A stretch of 64,000 nucleotides of DNA, taken from assembly GCF_001194135.2 (NCBI RefSeq), contig NC_068982.1, positions 56,492,575-56,556,574 of the forward strand. The letters are read 5' to 3'. Position 1 is the first letter of the stretch; every line of letters begins with the position of its first letter. Shown piece by piece: positions 62,505 to 64,000 of the stretch. A program made the translations under genes and the position numbers. The DNA is from Octopus bimaculoides. Its lineage: Eukaryota. The notes below the pieces were generated by a model that saw nothing but the letters and a program-made list of their open reading frames with translations, made no database searches and was not told where the DNA came from.

Positions 62505-62730
62505 AAGGCGGCAAACTGGCAGAATCATTAGCACGCCGGGCGAAATGCTTAGTAGCATTTCGCCTGTCTTCAAGTTCCGAATTCAATTTCAGCCGAAGTC
62601 GACTTTGCCTTTCATCCTTTCGGGGTCAATGTAATCAACTAGCCCCNNNNNNNNNNNNNNNNNNNNNNNNNNNNNNNNNNNNNNNNNNNNNNNNNNNNNN
62701 NCCCTCCCCAAATTTTCAAGCCTTGTTCAG
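62505..62730 (+). mobile_element. SINE family B (contains a gap)
   Basis: aaggcggcaaactggcagaatcattagcacgccgggcg. Confidence 0.8.
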
Positions 62731-63715
62731 CATCTTTAGTTACTATGGAAACAGAGCTTTTCGCCAGAGTGATGTGTAAAATACTCGCTTCTGATTTTGC
62801 AAATTTTAAAGTCTAATAACATTCTAACTATGAATTTATAGGAAAAATGAATTTCATTTTCATAATTAGTATACAAAACTTAATCCATATACCAAATTTG
62901 AAAACAATTGAAACAAAATTGTAAAAACACTGACGAAAATCACAAAGATCCCCTTTCACTAATAGCTTCTGATCAACCCAAGTCGTATGCGTGAAATTGC
63001 GTAGAAGGAAACTGTTTCCCGGGGACAATCTGTCGAATAGATTGTACCGCAGTTCGAGGTCCAACCTAGTTTCACACGGTGTCACGCTAATAATACTTAA
63101 GGCGTGCGTCAAAGTTATTCAAACCTGCGGAGTACTCAGCAACTTACACTCTAATTTAACGATTAGAAATTGTCTGACACCCATTCGACTTACTGTGTCT
63201 AGAGCAATTAGGGAATATCTAAATACTTTGGATCATAGGTCAGGCTTATTTAGGGTTGACCTGGGAAAAAACAAACAAACAAAAGAAAAAAACATAAAAC
63301 AAAACAAAGACAACTAGTATTACTATCATGTTCACACAAACGCAAAACCGATTCTAATAATTTATCGATTTATTGCAATTAATCAATTTAAAGCTTTGAT
63401 AATTGTTGATGAATCAGACAGATCCTCTCAAGTTTCATTTATCAAATTCAGTATTTTAATCTTTGAAGTGTTTAGCTGCTTCCGCAACAACAACAACAAC
63501 AACAAAAGCAACAAAGACAGCGAGCTGGCAGAATCGTTACAACACCGGTAAAATGCTTTCGCCTTCCATCCTTTCGGGATAAGTACCTGATGCGTACTGA
63601 GGTCGATTACATCAACCTACCCCCACCCCAACCCACCAAAACAAAAACAAAAAAATCTTTGTGCCTTGTGCCTAAAGTATAGAAAGGATTATTTTTTATT
63701 TTCATTATCAATATT

Positions 63716-63917
63716 CTTTTCTACTCTAGGCACAAGGCCCGAAATTTTGGGAGAGGGGGCCAGTTGATTAGATCGATCCCAGTACGCAACTGGTACTTAA
63801 TTTATCGACTCCGAAAGGATGAAAGGCAAAGTCGACCTCGGCGGAATTTGAACTCAGAACGTAGTGGCAGACGAAATACCGCTAAGCATTTCGCCCGACG
63901 TGAACGTTTCTGCCAGC
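63716..63917 (-). mobile_element. SINE family B
   Basis: tacttaatttatcgactccgaaaggatgaaaggcaaagtcgacctcggcggaatttgaactcagaac; a partial plus-strand copy precedes it at about 63510-63680. Confidence 0.85.
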
Positions 63918-64000
63918 ATCAATATTAGCATCATTATCAAAGAATAATCATAAACCGTCTGAAAATTAAAACGGATGCGTAAATACAGACTTAAAAACGG

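Overview
AT-rich, repeat-saturated eukaryotic DNA with about 15 assembly gaps. The microsatellite load, tRNA-derived SINE families and the one recognisable protein suggest a coleoid cephalopod (Octopus-like); this is inference. The only host coding sequence is the terminal exon of a repulsive guidance molecule (RGM/hemojuvelin family) gene on the minus strand (20851-21540, ending in a GPI-type tail); its upstream exons were not found in the remaining 42 kb. The rest is mobile DNA: several SINE families, hAT MITEs with 8-bp TSDs, a TTAA Kolobok-like element, an ISL2EU/IS4EU-like deletion derivative carrying a SAP+SWIM ORF, a Helentron-type element, two fold-back mariner relics and a Tx1-like LINE relic. 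The most interesting signal is a short element that joins a tRNA-like Pol III head to a minimal hammerhead-ribozyme motif and occurs twice as tail-out inverted pairs (28279-28713, 48209-48516). Similar hammerhead-like cores with the same extra A occur in other repeat families. SINE family letters are my own labels and many SINE boundaries are approximate.
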